Positions 23,815 to 37,150 are shown, counted from the first letter of the stretch. The stretch is 64,000 nt of DNA from Somniosus microcephalus (GCA_052327205.1 CM126206.1:285882001-285946000); one strand, 5' to 3'. The notes: generated by a model from the sequence alone, not told the origin. Numbers and translations: made by a program.

Positions 23815-24195
23815 TGGAGCAGCTTGGCTCAGTGCCCTCTCACCTCTGAGCCAGAAAGTTTTGGGTTCAAGCTCCCCTCCAGTACTTCAGTGCAATACTG
23901 AGGGAGTGCTGCATTGTCAGAGATGCCATCTTTCAGATGAGATTTAAACTGAGACATTATCTGCCGGTAGAGGTGGAAAAGACCCCATAGCACTATTCAA
24001 GGAAGAGCAGGGGAGTAGTCCTGGTGTCCTGGCCAATGCTTAACCCGTCATCAACACCACCAAAAACAGATTAACTGGCCATTTATTTCATTGCTGTGTG
24101 TGGACTGGCAGCTGCATTTGCCTACAAAACCACAGTGAGTATACTTCAAAAGTAATTCATTGATTGTAACTCACTCTAGTAAAAGATGCATCTTT
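23815..24195 (+). mobile_element. tRNA-derived Deu-type SINE
   Basis: cagcttggctcagt...gggttcaagctcc head; body homologous to the 28620 copy. Confidence 0.8.
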
Positions 24196-24426
24196 TTTCC
24201 AATCCTAATTCATCATGAAGGGAAATCAAATGGGAAGGAGAGAAAATATACAGAATAACTTGTGCAAAACTCTCAAAAATTAGATTTTTAAAGGACAACT
24301 AATCTTTGATTATTAAAGACAAACTCTTTTTTACTGCCTCCCTTAATTTAGAGCAAGTTCTTGCATAAATGTTGCAACTTTTTTCTTATTCCTTGTATGT
24401 GTGATGTGTTTTCCTTTTCACGACAG

Positions 24427-24647
24427 GCTTTATCGATAAACCCCCTGAAAAGCCACTTAAACTGGTACTGAAGGTGGGAGGAAGTGAAGTGACTGAGCTC
24501 TCTGGCTCAGGGCACGATTCCAGTTATTATGACGACCGGTCTGATCACGAGCGAGAACGACATAAAGACAAGAAAAAGAAGAAGAAAAAGAAGTCAGAGA
24601 AAGAGAAAGATAAGCACATTTCAGACGAAGAGCGTAGGAGGAGGAAG
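24427..24647 (+). CDS. BRD9: BRD9 exon 2 (FIDKPPEKPLKLVLKVGGSEVTELSGSGHDSSYYDDRSDHERERHK...EERRRRK), GC donor
   Basis: Near-identical to human; acag acceptor; homology ends at AAG|GCAAGT and the phase fits exon 3. Confidence 0.94.
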
Positions 24648-24679
24648 GCAAGTCGACAAACTGTTGGTTTGATCAAGAA

Positions 24680-25440
24680 CAGCTTGTATTTATGTACTGC
24701 CTTTAACGTTTTAGGTCCAACACATTTCAGAGATAGAAAAAATAAGGGAACAGACACCCAAGCGATGGGCAGACAGATTAGATGGGGTGACTGAGACGTA
24801 GATTGAAAAAATGGCTTTGAGAAGGTTTTTAAATGTGGTGAGAGAAATGAAGAATTTTCGGGAGAGAGTTCCACAATGTAGTGACAAGATGGCTGAAGGC
24901 TCTGTCATCGATGTTGGAAAGGGGGAATACGTGAACGGCCAGAGGACTGAGCGGTGCAGGAGGCTACATCGGGCTGAAGGAGCTTGTTTAGGATTGGGGG
25001 TGGGCGAAGGATGAGACAGTATAGAGGGGTATAAAGGCAATGATTTTAAATTTAATGCATTGAGAGAGGGAGCTAGTGTAGGTCAGCAAAGATGTGGAGT
25101 GATAGATGAACAGGACCTTGTGCAGGTCAAGATGGAATTTTCTGAGTTTTGCACAAGTTGGAATCTGTGGAGATTGGGAAGCAAGGTGGGCATTGGAATA
25201 ATCCAGTCGAGAGGTGGCAAAACTGGATAAGAATTTCAGCCATGGCGGGGCTGGGGTAGCAAGAGAGGTGGGCCATGGTCTTTTTGAGGAGAGGTCTGAT
25301 ATCTTTAGGTTTGAAAAGTAGAGAGACTGTGCTTGAGGAACCTGAGCTTTTTAATAGTCAGCCAACGTGGGGGCTGGGAGAGGAATATGAATCATCAGGA
25401 GCTGAGGGAAGGGTATCAAAGGAACAGGAGTTGGGTCTTG
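24680..25440 (-). mobile_element. Old L2 fragment
   Basis: Starts with cttgtatttatgtactgcctttaacg (L2 tail, reverse strand); degenerate purine-rich L2 body. Confidence 0.65.
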
Positions 25441-26069
25441 TAGAAACGACGTTCGTTTATAAATGTACATCAATTATGGTACAACTTTTACAGTACTAGG
25501 TATCTAAACTGTTTTACAAAAGTAGTAAATAAGCTGCGTTATGATGAGTCTAATGACCCCTGAGCATTGTTCGCTTGAGTCAGAATTTGGTGAAGTACTA
25601 GCCTTTTGTGAATTTTATTATTTATATTTGGTATTTTTGTGTTGAAGTTTTAGGTTTGCAAACAAAAAATCTTTAGATTTTGTGTTTCACACATGAATAC
25701 ACTTTACTCAATTCAATGTTGATTAACTGAAATTTCTCTTTAGCAACAAATTCCCACTTTGTTGTGCTATTTGCTTAAATTTCAAATTATTGGATAATTC
25801 ATTTTATTTAGTCCAATAATTATCAGGAGTAGACTGTCTTCGGGTTCTGTTCAACTTAAGGGAGCTATTGATCAGGCAGAGAGAGTTGTGGAGCACCGGC
25901 AGTTTGCATAAAAACCATGGACTTAATTTATTCCTGCAGTAAAGTCAGTGGATTTTAGTGATGTTACAGAAGGATGAAAGTTTTTGTATGTGTGTGTCCA
26001 TCCCCTACCATGGTGGATTTTAGGATGCTTGTGTTTTTCTTTGGGAGTGGTGCCGACAGCAAACTGCAC

Positions 26070-26610
26070 TTAGAAATATGTAGAAGTTACAACGGAAACA
26101 GGTCATTTGGCCCAACCAGTCCGTGACTCACTTTACTCTCCATGCAAGTAAATATTCCGAATCGCATATTCCCATACCCCTTTTCCTTATTCACCTATCC
26201 AGTCTAATCTCGAATATTGATATAGTTTCTGCCTCTACCACTAGCACTGGATGTGAATTCCACAACCTCAGAACTCTAGGTAAAGAAGTTTCTCCTGCCC
26301 TCTGTTCTAAATCTCTTGCATTTAATCTTCCATCTGTGGCCTCACATCCTTGACCCTCTCAGCTACTGGAAACAGTCTGCTTTTATCATAATTCCTATCT
26401 ATCGTATATCGCCCTGTAATGTCCATTGTTCAAAAAAGACCCAACTTTTCAAGTCTTTCTTTGTAGTATTTCCTCATACCAGGTAGCATCCTAGTGTTAG
26501 CTGCATTGTACCCTTTCTAAAGTCTCAATAGCCTCCCTGTAGAGTGGAGCCCAAAATGGCGCACAGTACTCTAACTGAGATCTTAGGGTTTTATATCAGC
26601 TCACCTCTTG
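26070..26610 (-). mobile_element. CR1 3' fragment
   Basis: CR1 tail and ORF2 motifs on the minus strand. Confidence 0.7.
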
Positions 26611-26989
26611 TGATGAAAACTAGAATAGCATATTGGAGAGGAGGTGAGTCCTTAAATTGAGAGCAAAATGATAAATAAAAGGAACATTTAAGCCATGGAT
26701 ATGTGCCAGAGGACTTGTCAATGTGGACCTGAGTTAATCCGAGTAATTGCAGGCTAGTTAGAGTAACATCTGCAGTGGGTAAAACTTCAGCACTTTAAGG
26801 ATAAAATGACCAAGTATCTAGATAAAGAGAAAATTGTTGCAAGTAGATAGAGCAAATTTCAAAAGTGACAATCATGCTTGTGAAACTTCATTGAATTTTT
26901 TAACAAGGTAACAGCTAACGGTAGATAGGATGCTTGCGTGGAGGGTAAACACCAAGGCCGAATAGTTGGGCCGAACTCTGTTTCCATGC

Positions 26990-27212
26990 TAATACAATAG
27001 CAAAATACTGCGGATGCTGGAAATCTGAAATAACAACAGAAAATGCTGGAAATACTCAGCAGGCCAGGCAGCATCCGTGGAGAGAGAAACAGAGTTAACG
27101 TTTCAGGTCTGGGGCCCTTCAAAGGCTCCCAGACCTGAAACGTTAACTCTGTTTCTTTCTCCACGGATGCTGCCTGGCCTGCTGAGTATTTCCAGCATTT
27201 TCTGTTGTTATT
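26990..27212. mobile_element. Fold-back (palindromic) Penelope pLTR derivative with 13-bp TSD
   Basis: Near-perfect inverted repeat centred at ~27120; direct repeat tctgtttccatgc at 26977 and 27213; inserted in a CR1 3' tail. Confidence 0.85.
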
Positions 27213-27479
27213 TCTGTTTCCATGCGGTCTGTTTCTATGTATCTATTTTCCTTAGTAAAGAGCGATGCAAAGTACTTCTTAAATACCTCTGCCATTTTTT
27301 GATTATCATCTACAAATTAACAATCCTCTCTTCTCGAAGGTCCTGCTTTGCTTTTATCAATTCTCTTTTACTGATGTGCTTATAAAATACTTTACCTTTC
27401 CTCTTAATGTTTTTATTAGTTCCTTATCCTCTCTCTTAACTTTCCATGCCCAGCTCTTACTCTCTCTCATTTTCTCATA

Positions 27480-28100
27480 CTCTCCTTTTAGTTTTTTGAA
27501 TTATTTTTATAGTCGTACATTTTGCCAGTAAATTGGCACCCTGCTTGTTTTGATAAAGCCCATCCTTGTGGAATAGGACCCACATGTCCCAGAACTGGTG
27601 CCAATGCACAGCGAAGTGGAAAGCCTCTTCCTGACAGCCAATCATTGAGTTCCCTAATCTTCCTGTCCTTTCTTATTCTAGTGCATTGCAGGTGAAATAA
27701 TCCTGAGATTATAACCCATGAACTCCTCTTAAACTTGTTTCCTAAACTTCTCAATTAATTTTGCAGGCCTTTAAGCCCGTCTTTACTTACATCATTGGCT
27801 TCCACATGGACCATGATAACTGGTTGCTCGCGCTCATCTTGGGCAATCTTTTTCAGTCTATTCAGTATGTCCCTTCCCCTCGGACCTGGGAAACAACAAC
27901 CTATCCGGGATTGTCGGTCAGGACTGTAAATGATCGTGTCAGCCTCTCTAATGATTGAAGCCCCTATCACTACTGCATTTCTAGCTGTGTTGCTAACCAT
28001 ATGACCACTCCCCCATGTCATTTGCTATTTGTTGATGCTATTGAGTTCTCATTTACCCACACGGTGCTGGGGCTTTAAATCGGTATAAGCGCCTGAGTTA
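27480..28100 (-). mobile_element. Decayed CR1 ORF1 with SGNH/GDSL esterase domain
   Basis: ORF 27755..28021 VVIGASIIR...CCFPGPRGRDI...VIMVHVEANDV resembles the CR1 ORF1 esterase (VVIGDSIVR...VHVGTND). Confidence 0.75.
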
Positions 28101-28619
28101 CTCTGGGTGCTTCTGTTGTAACATTTCCTTCCCTTTCCCCACCCCACGCATCGTCGCCCATCTTTCCTCCTCCACTGCCTACTCCCTGTTTCTCTTCGAT
28201 GTGATTACCCTCTCAAACTCTTGCTCCAAAACTGCTCTCCCTTCCTGGTGTGTCAGATTTTCTCCATCTCCTTCTCAAGTTCTGAGATTATCGAGCTTGA
28301 GCAATGTGATTTGGTGTCACTTCTCACAGATATTTGCCCATGTCAACACCTGGTGCTCGAAACTCTCGTGTCTTGCTGGATTGACACATCACTGTCTCTT
28401 CCTGTGCTGCCATTTAATATCAGCCAGCCTATTTAGCAGCCCATTCCTTCCCTGCACCTCATTCTCGCTCTCACCAAGTTAGGTCCCTACTGTCGTTCTG
28501 CTCCCAGCTCACACCATGATGTGCTCTTGGCTCGGATTTGGGAAGAGTGAGATGGCCTGAGAGGACTGGGAAGACCTGGGATCTGTAGCATTTGGATCAT
28601 GAGGGAATCTGGGGTTAAG

Positions 28620-29084
28620 AAAGAAAGACTTGCATTTATATATCACCTTTCACAACCACCGGACGTCTCAAAGCGCTTTACAGCCAATGAAGTACTTTTG
28701 GAGTGTAGCCACTGTTGTAATGTAGGAAACACGGCTGTCAATTTTGTGCACAGCAAGCTCCCACAAACAGCAATGTGATAATGACCAGATAATCTGTTTT
28801 TGTTACGTTGATTGAGGGATAAATATTGGCCAGGATACCGGCGATAACTCGTCTGCTCTTCTTCAAAATAGTGCCATGGGGTCTTTTACGTCCACCTGAG
28901 AGCAGACGGGGCCTCAGTTTAATGTCTCATCCAAAAGACGCCACCTCTGACAGTGCAACACTCCCTCAGCACTGCACTGGAGTGTCAGCCTATATTTTTG
29001 TACTCTAGTCCCTGGAGTGGGACTTGAATGCACAACCTTCTGACTCCGAGGTGAGAGTGCTACCCACTGAGCCAAGCTGACACT
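28620..29084 (-). mobile_element. Full-length tRNA-derived Deu-type SINE (SacSINE1-like) with L2-like tail
   Basis: A box tggctcagtgg, B box cattcaagtcc, central domain, tail ...atataaatgcaagtctttcttt. Confidence 0.85.
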
Positions 29085-31373
29085 AGGCAGCATCATGTCT
29101 AGAATCTGTCCTGGAATTAAGCAGGGAGTGGCTGTGTGGGAAATACTGGAGAGTGCGCACGCATGTGTTCACAGATGTGAGTGAAAGTGGAGGCTGGGGT
29201 TTCAGCCTGGGAGGGTGGGGGCAGTTCATAGTGAGGCTTGGGGTTGGTGGTAGAGTGCAGGTAGTGTATGGAAATTCCTCATGGGAGGTTGGGTCTGGTG
29301 CCTGAGAGCATTCATTGGGGATGGGTTTTGGGATCACTTGATTGGAAGGGGTGGAAGCTGTTGGAGCTGGGGTTTAACTGTAATCCAGGTTGGGGGGTGG
29401 GGGGCTTGAAGCACGGCGGGGTGTTGAGGTTTAGGAGCACTCTGGGTGAGGGCTAGGGTGCCAGCGTGCTAGGTGGGGAGCAGTTTTCTGGAGTTTGGCA
29501 GCACTGGAGGTCTGGGATCAGTAGTACTTGGGCTAGGGAGCAGAAAACATGGCTGCCAGGAGAACTGGCGGGGTGGAAATATTTGTTTAATTTTGCTGCA
29601 GGTGCTGGCTCCTGATGGGGAACTTTGAAATCTTGATTAGTTATTTTTGTATGGGTGGTAGCTAGTGCTTGGTAGACTTTTCTGTCTGACTAATGGTTTG
29701 GGGATTAGGTGTTCCTACCTGTCTACATTTGAAAGAATTGAATACACCTGAGAGTTCCAGATAAACAAGCCCCTGAAATTTACTCAGCTTCAGCTTATCA
29801 TGCTGTTCTTGTGGCACCTTAATAGCTACAGAATTTCTAAATTTGAATTTTTGGCCTTGACCCTGGAGGGTGACCTGGTCTCCACTTGAGGGCAGGGAAA
29901 GTGTTTGGGAAGGAGGCCACATCTTGGATTTTTCCTATTGTGTCTCCTGGTGGGATGAAGAAGTATCAGTGACATCTGTGAAGAATTGCAGGCGGAGATT
30001 TCTACAAGAAACAAATATTGAAATGGTTTCTCAGATTATGAGATGCAGTGCTTTACGATCTTGTACAAATGTCCATGATCAGAGGTTGGCATTGTGATGA
30101 ATGGATAGACCATTACTTTAACTTTAGTACATTGCGTTCCACACTTGCTGATTGCATCCATCACCTAGGTAATGGAGACAGTGAGGAGTACAGCATACAG
30201 ATCTGGCCCAGGAGCATATGGCTGAGGAAAATGGTGTAAAAAGAGTAGTGTGTGCAACGTACTTGACCATAGAAACACATCTTTGTGTGGAAAAATGGCG
30301 ATTTTCCCGAAATCACGGGCTGTTGTGTGGCTGCATACTTTTCCTGAAGGAACGACTGGTCTTGTTCAATACTAAACAAATCCTCAATTTCACTTAGTTA
30401 CAGGTTCAAGACCAGTTGGCGTCAGCCAACTCTTGTTTGCCGATATTGTGTCTTGAAGACCAGGTATGTATTGTGGTAGTTCCAAGGAATATCTGGAACT
30501 GAAAGGTTAAACACGTCACAAAGGCCGGGAGTTTTCACAGACACTTTGGACTGGTCAAGAAATTAAGACCAATGGTTGTGCATTGTAGTGTACAAATATT
30601 TTCTGGTATTCGAGGCTGTTCAAGTTTCTATAAAGTCCTCCTGGTGACTGGATTTCAATACAATAGGAGAGTCACATCAGTTGTCCTGGGTAATAGAATC
30701 ATTACCCTATTAGAAAAGTGTTAAATATTTGGTATTAAACCAACCGTGTACAGGTTACAATTGGATTAACTGGTTGTTCAGTGTCTTGCACAGTAATCTA
30801 TTAGCGTCATGCTGAACAAGGCCCAGCTTCTTTAGTACACCTTTTGACCTCTGCATAGGTTTTTTTCTGCATAATTAGATTGAAAACGGAGGCTATAATT
30901 CTGCTTGCTGTGTTTTAGCAGTGATCTAAACATTCATATTTGTGTGCCAGTAGTGTTGAGTACCATACCATGCTCATACCAGCTGCCTTGATGACCTGTC
31001 TACTTATTTTGTATAAGAAAAAAATGGGCATAAAATTGAAAACACACCGCACCATCCTTTGTTGGGAAAAGTTGATAGCTGCACAGTCTTCTAAAATAAA
31101 CTGAACGGAACTTTTTAGCATGTGCTTTCTGAAATTGTTTTACTGAAAGGTGGCCCTTTACGCTATTGCATGTTTGTAACTAAGAATTAAGAAACATGGA
31201 AACAACTTCCTTTGCACCCTACTGTTTCTGTGGTGGCACAAAACTAATCGTACTCTGTTTGCCATAGATTTAGAGCTCACCGCATTCACTGGTTGTCTGC
31301 CTTGATGACATCCCTTAGTGGAAACCGATGTGATGGTGTATTCTACCGACTGACATTGGTTGTTTTATAACAG

Positions 31374-31509
31374 GAAGAGAAGAAACGAAAGCGTGAAAAA
31401 GAGCACTTGGACAGTGAGGCCGATGCTGACGAGTTTGACCCGGGAAAAAGGATTGAAGTTGAGCCCCCGATAGATCGACCAGTCCGATCATGTAGAACAA
31501 AGGAACAAG
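31374..31509 (+). CDS. BRD9: BRD9 exon 3 (EEKKRKREKEHLDSEADADEFDPGKRIEVEPPIDRPVRSCRTKEQ)
   Basis: Homologous to human; aacag acceptor, gtaaaa donor; 136 nt. Confidence 0.96.
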
Positions 31510-31717
31510 GTAAAAGTATTTTTGGTTTTCCTGGGTGTACTAGCAATACAATGTACAGCCATAAGTGGACGGAGTATTACAAGGGAGCATGTTGGCACAA
31601 ATGATGGAACTACTGAGCAGGTCCTTTAGCATCAGTAAAGTAAAACTATTTTAGAGCCCCAATTTCAGACTTGCAGCAACCGCAGGATTTTGCTTTTGTT
31701 TTATGAGTAATCTTCTA

Positions 31718-31806
31718 CACCTGAAACGTTAACCCATCTTTTCTCTTTAGAGATGCTGATAGATCTGCTGTGTATTACAGCATTTTCTATCTTTATTTCA
31801 GATTTG
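31718..31806 (+). mobile_element. Older Penelope pLTR fragment
   Basis: cacctgaaacgttaac...gatgctg...cagcattttct...tttcagattt. Confidence 0.6.
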
Positions 31807-32628
31807 GGAATGCTAAACATATTAATTTTAAGAGTTTAATGTGATTCCACATGGGATTTATATTAAGATGTTAAAATTAAGATGATTGAGTATTTGAAAA
31901 TATTGTCATTTTTATTTAGTAATGTTATAAAAATCATTTATTGACTTAAAATAGACAGTTTATTAATTAACTTAAAAATTGTAAAATATGTAGTCTGTAA
32001 AGTTTGTTAAAATTATTATTAAATCTCTTTTTATAGGCGTCTCATAATATCTTAGTCAGGTTTAAAAGACCTAGAAATACCTTATCCTCTGAGCAAAACA
32101 TGTGGTGACAAAGTATTAATTGCCAAGTTTCGGAAATCTGTCATCAATTGTGCTCAAAAGTTTTGTTATAACTTGAAGCACAACTATCGTGTGTAATAAA
32201 ATTTCAGATATACGAGGGGAAACCCAGAACCTATTATGACCTCAGATTGACGGTACTGATTATAATGCATTCCTAGATGTCTTTTATTTATAATACATTG
32301 AAGATTTTTTTTTTAAATTGCTGTTTCCAAACTGTTGTAAGTTTTGAGTTTGACCATTTTTACCTCTTCCTTTGCTGCCACTGTTGTGTCCTTGGAGCTT
32401 AGGCATGCAAGTTCACACAATGGGACGTGGTGGGGTATACAAAATTAACACTGGAGCAGAGTTGTAATGTTTTACTTAAACTTTCATCTAGGCTGTACTA
32501 TTGCATATGGAACATTTTTATTTGGGGCTTTTAGTGATGATTGTAATACTGCTCTAGAATAGCAGAATTCTGTCATGGGCCAAGAAGTACCTCATTTGGT
32601 TAATACTGATTCAAAAATATTATACATT

Positions 32629-32795
32629 GGCCTAGAAATTCATCACGGGCGGTATCGGATTGACTTCCTGTTATGCGCAGCGCCTGATATTCAGTTCCAT
32701 TGCCGTCATTGGCGCTTCTATCGGGCACTGCCTATAATAGGGAGCCAATCCAATACCACCCGTTATGCGCCACTGCCCGAGTCGAATTTCTAGCT
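32629..32795. mobile_element. Short Harbinger-like MITE
   Basis: Termini ggcctagaaattc ... gaatttctagct; CpG-rich interior. Confidence 0.65.
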
Positions 32796-32959
32796 CTATA
32801 CTTTTTCATAAGTTTGTGTAGTAGATTATCATGACTGTAGTTCAGGGTATAAAGCTTGTATCACTGGTGATAAACTGCTAAACGAATACCAAACCTGCTT
32901 TTAAAAAAAAAAAAGCGGATATGAATAGCATTTCAATAAAATCTTTTGCACATAAATAC

Positions 32960-33350
32960 ACCACATAGTGTGGTATTGAGCCATATATAAATAACAAAGG
33001 TGCAAGGTTTTTATCGCTGGTCTAAGCCATCTTGCTGGGTCCACAGTGAGAATGCTACAATTATTCTCTGAATTCTGTGCTAAGTAGGGGGAGCAGCAAC
33101 TAGAGATCCTATTCCTGATTATTCTCCAGTGACCCCCCCCCCCCCCCCCCCCCCCCGTACTGTAAATCGGTGTTTGTGGATGTTCAGTGTGACGCTGTAC
33201 TCTGATGACACCAGTGGTCAAATAGCTAGTCAACAGTTGCTATCCAGGTTCTCATTTAAAGACCAGACACTTGAATGAAGTACTGGAGAGTTTAGGAGCC
33301 CATGCAGTAAAACCATCCAAACATGACACACTGCCTTGGGGAAGGAGAGG
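32960..33350 (+). repeat. Ancient dispersed SINE-like repeat; related degenerate pieces at ~3320-3590(-), 34610-35190(-), 38850-39190(-), 60400-60590(+)
   Basis: Shared motifs ccaagtggccattcttca / tgaagaatggccact, accctggccgatttt and ctgagccatacag. Confidence 0.5.
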
Positions 33351-34156
33351 TAATATGCAAACACCAAGTCCCTTCTCATTAACAAAGAAACATTTGCATT
33401 TACATAGCACCTAAAACAACCTCCGGATGTCCCGACGTGCTTTATAGTCAGTGAAGTACTTTTGAAGTACAGTCACTGTTGTAATGTAGGAGAAACCTTT
33501 TTGAATCTTTTACTCTGCCTGGTCCTTCCCCCGAGCACACAAGATAAACTGGACAAATTATAGTCTGTATTCAGCTTTGCTTTACTCCCTGCCTGGCAAT
33601 TACCAAAAAACAAAATCTTTCTTAACTGCATTTATATAACTTTTCTTTGAAATTATTTGTGGTAAGCAACACAGCTTAGGCATACAGTTCAACTGCCTTT
33701 TGTGGGATTGCACCCTGGTTCAGTTGACTGTTTCAGCTCTGACCAGGGAGCGGTCTCACTGACTCGGGAGATGGCAAGAGTGCGGCTGCATTAGCACGAA
33801 AGGTGACCTGGCACTGTAGAACAATCTGTTATTGAGCTGTCACTTTAAATCTCGTACATGCCAGGTTGCTTAATTGGGCAAATACCCCAATAACTTTCCT
33901 GCCTTCAGCTTTTTAATGCTTCAACATATGTAGACCAGAATATCTTTTGACCACCAAATAATCTCTAATGCCCTATGCTTGTAGTTTACCATGCTAATAA
34001 ATAATATTTGCATTCATACAGCGACACATTAAAAGATCACGAAGCACTTCACGCAATGCATTACTTTTTAAAGTGCAATGCTTTATGTAAGCAAATACAG
34101 ATTATCAGTGTGCCATTATCTTTCGACACTAATAAAACATTTGTTTGTATTAAAAG

Positions 34157-34217
34157 CGGAAAGTGAGAACACACCCCTGCAGCAGCTATTGGAGCACTTT
34201 TTGCGCCAGTTACAGAG
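34157..34217 (+). CDS. BRD9: BRD9 exon 4 (AESENTPLQQLLEHFLRQLQR)
   Basis: Matches human AENESTPIQQLLEHFLRQLQR; weak aag acceptor, gtaagt donor; 61 nt. Confidence 0.95.
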
Positions 34218-35358
34218 GTAAGTTCCACAGTCATACTGACCCCATGCAATATCAAAATATCATGACACAAAGGCAGCGATAATTAAGCAACTTGCATTTT
34301 TACAGCACCTTCAACTATATTTGTCTCCCTAGATGGACGATCTAAGCTGTGTCCAGTGCTGCTGTGCAGTCTGCCACAAAGTGTGAGAGAATTTCCACTT
34401 CCTCCTTCACCCGCCTTTCTTGGTGGGCAGAGTCTGGCCTTTGCTTGCCACCTATCCACAGTGACAGGTTTCCTCCAATCTGAAATTGAGCGCGTCCTGT
34501 GTGGAGGACAGCAGACACAAATTTCCATCCCAGCATATTACAGTGCGGCTTGCTGGAGCTTCAAGATACTGCAATATCTTGCATTTTAAAAAGTTTTATT
34601 GTGCCAGTCCCTCCCCACCCTCCCTTCCTCCATTTTCACCCTCACCTCCTGAGGGCTATGAGCTGTTGATAGATGCAAGAGAAGGAACTTGCATTTATAC
34701 TGGGAAAGTACCCACAGATAACAAGAACCCCCATATACATCACACATGTGTGAGCCTAGACCGTAAGTGTGACAAGCTATTCCATTGCAGGATGACGGAG
34801 AGAATCACAATTAAACTCAATTCTGTCCTCATCCCCAATGTCTGTATGCATGCATGTCATTCTGATTTTCTGGATAACAATTTGGTGAGAAGGGAGGCTT
34901 CCTCTGGTGAGACATTGTAAACCGAGCAGAAAGACTTCATCCAATCGAGTGAACTCCTAAATGCATTGTAAAAGAAATTCTCCCATCATGTTTAAGATGT
35001 TGCTAACGCATAGCGGCCTGAGGAAATCTTCCCTGGTAGGGAGGGAGGGAACCCTGGTCGACTTTTAGTGCCTACCATAGCCTGGGCCACTGAGGCTAAT
35101 CGTAACACCAATGCCACCAGCCCAGCTGAGATCTGCTAATGCGACTGACACCAAAGAGCTGTATGGCTCAATACCACACCACTACATCGAGTAAGGCGTG
35201 CACAGTATGTTTTTTAAAAACTTCCCCTCTGCACATTGTGGTATCTGGAAGTGTTTGAAGATGAGGGAGGCAGAAAAGAGGAGTGATTGTTGGAAATTGC
35301 TAATAATTATTGCCTACATTTAAATAGTTGTCATAAAATACTGTGTGTTTTTTTTTAG

Positions 35359-35503
35359 GAAAGATCCTCACGGATTTTTTGCATTCCCTGTTACGGATAG
35401 TATTGCACCTGGTTATTCTATGATAATAAAACATCCGATGGATTTCAGCACCATGAAGGATAAAATCCTGGCAAATGAATACAACTCCATTACAGAATTC
35501 AAG
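35359..35503 (+). CDS. BRD9: BRD9 exon 5, bromodomain (KDPHGFFAFPVTDSIAPGYSMIIKHPMDFSTMKDKILANEYNSITEFK)
   Basis: BRD9-type GFFAFPV ZA loop; tttag acceptor, gtaagg donor; 145 nt. Confidence 0.98.
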
Positions 35504-36169
35504 GTAAGGTTAATACAAGAGCTGGACATGAGTAATCTGCATATATTCAAAAAGTAGCAACGGGTGTTTTTTTTTAAAGTTCTGTCATTAATGACCATTT
35601 AGTTTCAAAACATTTTGGAATTATTTTTTTAATTGAGCTGGTTTGGGCTTTGAAGAGGTCTTAATGATTGCCCCTTCTACTGTGCTAGACTGACTCCATT
35701 CGGTTTATTTCACCCAGGGTGGAGGGGAATCAAATCTGCCAGATATTCTTGTGTAGCGTTGAGGAGTTAGCATTATAACTGACTAAAAAAACTCAATCAT
35801 TGCAAGTTCTTTTTAAAAAGCTTTCACTTACAGGAGAAGGTAAATATCCATGGCTGAAAACTACTTGCCTATACGGCTCTTCCTACAAGTTATATTTTTC
35901 TGTATAATGTAATCTATAATTACAGGTGGAAGATGTGCAGAGAATAGCATTTTGCTGGCAGATGATTGTTGCTCGTGTCTTTTGGCAGCCCAGACGGTCC
36001 AGCATGTTTAATTATGAGGATCAAATAACATTCATTAATGCAATAAGACTTGTCTGCAAGCGTGATGTTTGGAGTTTCATAATTCTATGGCTACAGAATT
36101 TGTGGATTGCTGTAGAAATTGATGAGTTCCAGTCTTTCACGGGTTTATTATTGCACATGTCAAACCGGG

Positions 36170-36605
36170 GCTAAAAGGGTTAAATTATGAGGACAGGTTG
36201 CATAGCATAGGCTTGTATTCCCTTGAGTATAGAAGATTAAGGGGTCATCTAATTGAGGTGTTTAAGATGATTAAAGGATTTGATGGGGTAGATAGCGAAA
36301 ATCTATTTTATCTGGGGAATCCAGACCAAGGGGGCTTAACCCTAAAATTAGAGCTAGGCAGTTCAGGGGTGATGTCAGGAAGCACTTCTTTAGACAAAAG
36401 GTAGTGGAACTCTGGAACACTTTGCCCTCAAAATGTGGTCAATTGAAAATGTCAAAACTGAGATTGATAGGTTTTTCTTAGGCAAGGGTATTAAGGGTTA
36501 TGGAACCAAGGTGGCTAGATGGAGTTAAGATACAGATCAGCCATGATCTGATTGAATGGCAGAACAGGCTCGAGGGGCTGAATGGCCTACTCCTGTGTTC
36601 CTAAA
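36170..36605 (+). mobile_element. CR1 3' fragment
   Basis: GLYSLEYRRLRGHLIEVFKMIKG; cagccatgatc...gaggggctgaatggcctactcctg tail. Confidence 0.85.
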
Positions 36606-37039
36606 TGGCTACCTTACCCATTATCCGTAAGGTGTGAAACTGTGTTAAGGGAGTTTGTAGCCAAGCTTTTTGGGAAAGTTTGAATGTAATTTGAAAATAT
36701 GGTGACAAAAAGTTACTAAAGTTTATTCATCATTCCTGAAGATGTTAAAATCGACTCTGGACTGCTTTAACATTAAAAATCTTTTATATTGAATTTGGCT
36801 ATTTAGGGTCAGTGATGTGATGGGAGAAGGGGAGAAAGGTAACTGAATAACAACAACAAAAAGCCTGGCATGGCAAATATGGTGACTTTTGTATTGGATT
36901 CTAATCAATACGCAAGGCCAACTCAGTTCGTGCATTCCCTTTTTAAAAACCTTGCCAGTACTTTGTACCTGCTGCAGAAAATTTAACATGGAAATAGTAA
37001 TATTTTAAGTAATTTTGGTTATGTTGTTTCCCCCCCCAG

Positions 37040-37150
37040 GGTGATTTCAAGCTAATGTGCGATAATGCAATGACTTACAACCGACCTGAAACGGTGTACT
37101 ACAAGGCAGCAAAGAAGTTGCTTCACACAGGATTTAAGATGATGAGTAAA
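37040..37150 (+). CDS. BRD9: BRD9 exon 6, bromodomain (GDFKLMCDNAMTYNRPETVYYKAAKKLLHTGFKMMSK)
   Basis: Conserved acetyl-lysine-binding Asn (YN) and Tyr gatekeeper; cag acceptor, gtaaga donor; 111 nt. Confidence 0.98.

Noticed and set aside
29000-29084. tRNA gene suggested by A/B boxes
   Set aside because: It is the tRNA-derived head of a SINE, continuous with the SINE body and tail.
29900-30720. Unique-looking sequence with short ORFs, possibly a decayed transposase or viral gene
   Set aside because: No motif recognised in any frame; would need a translated search.
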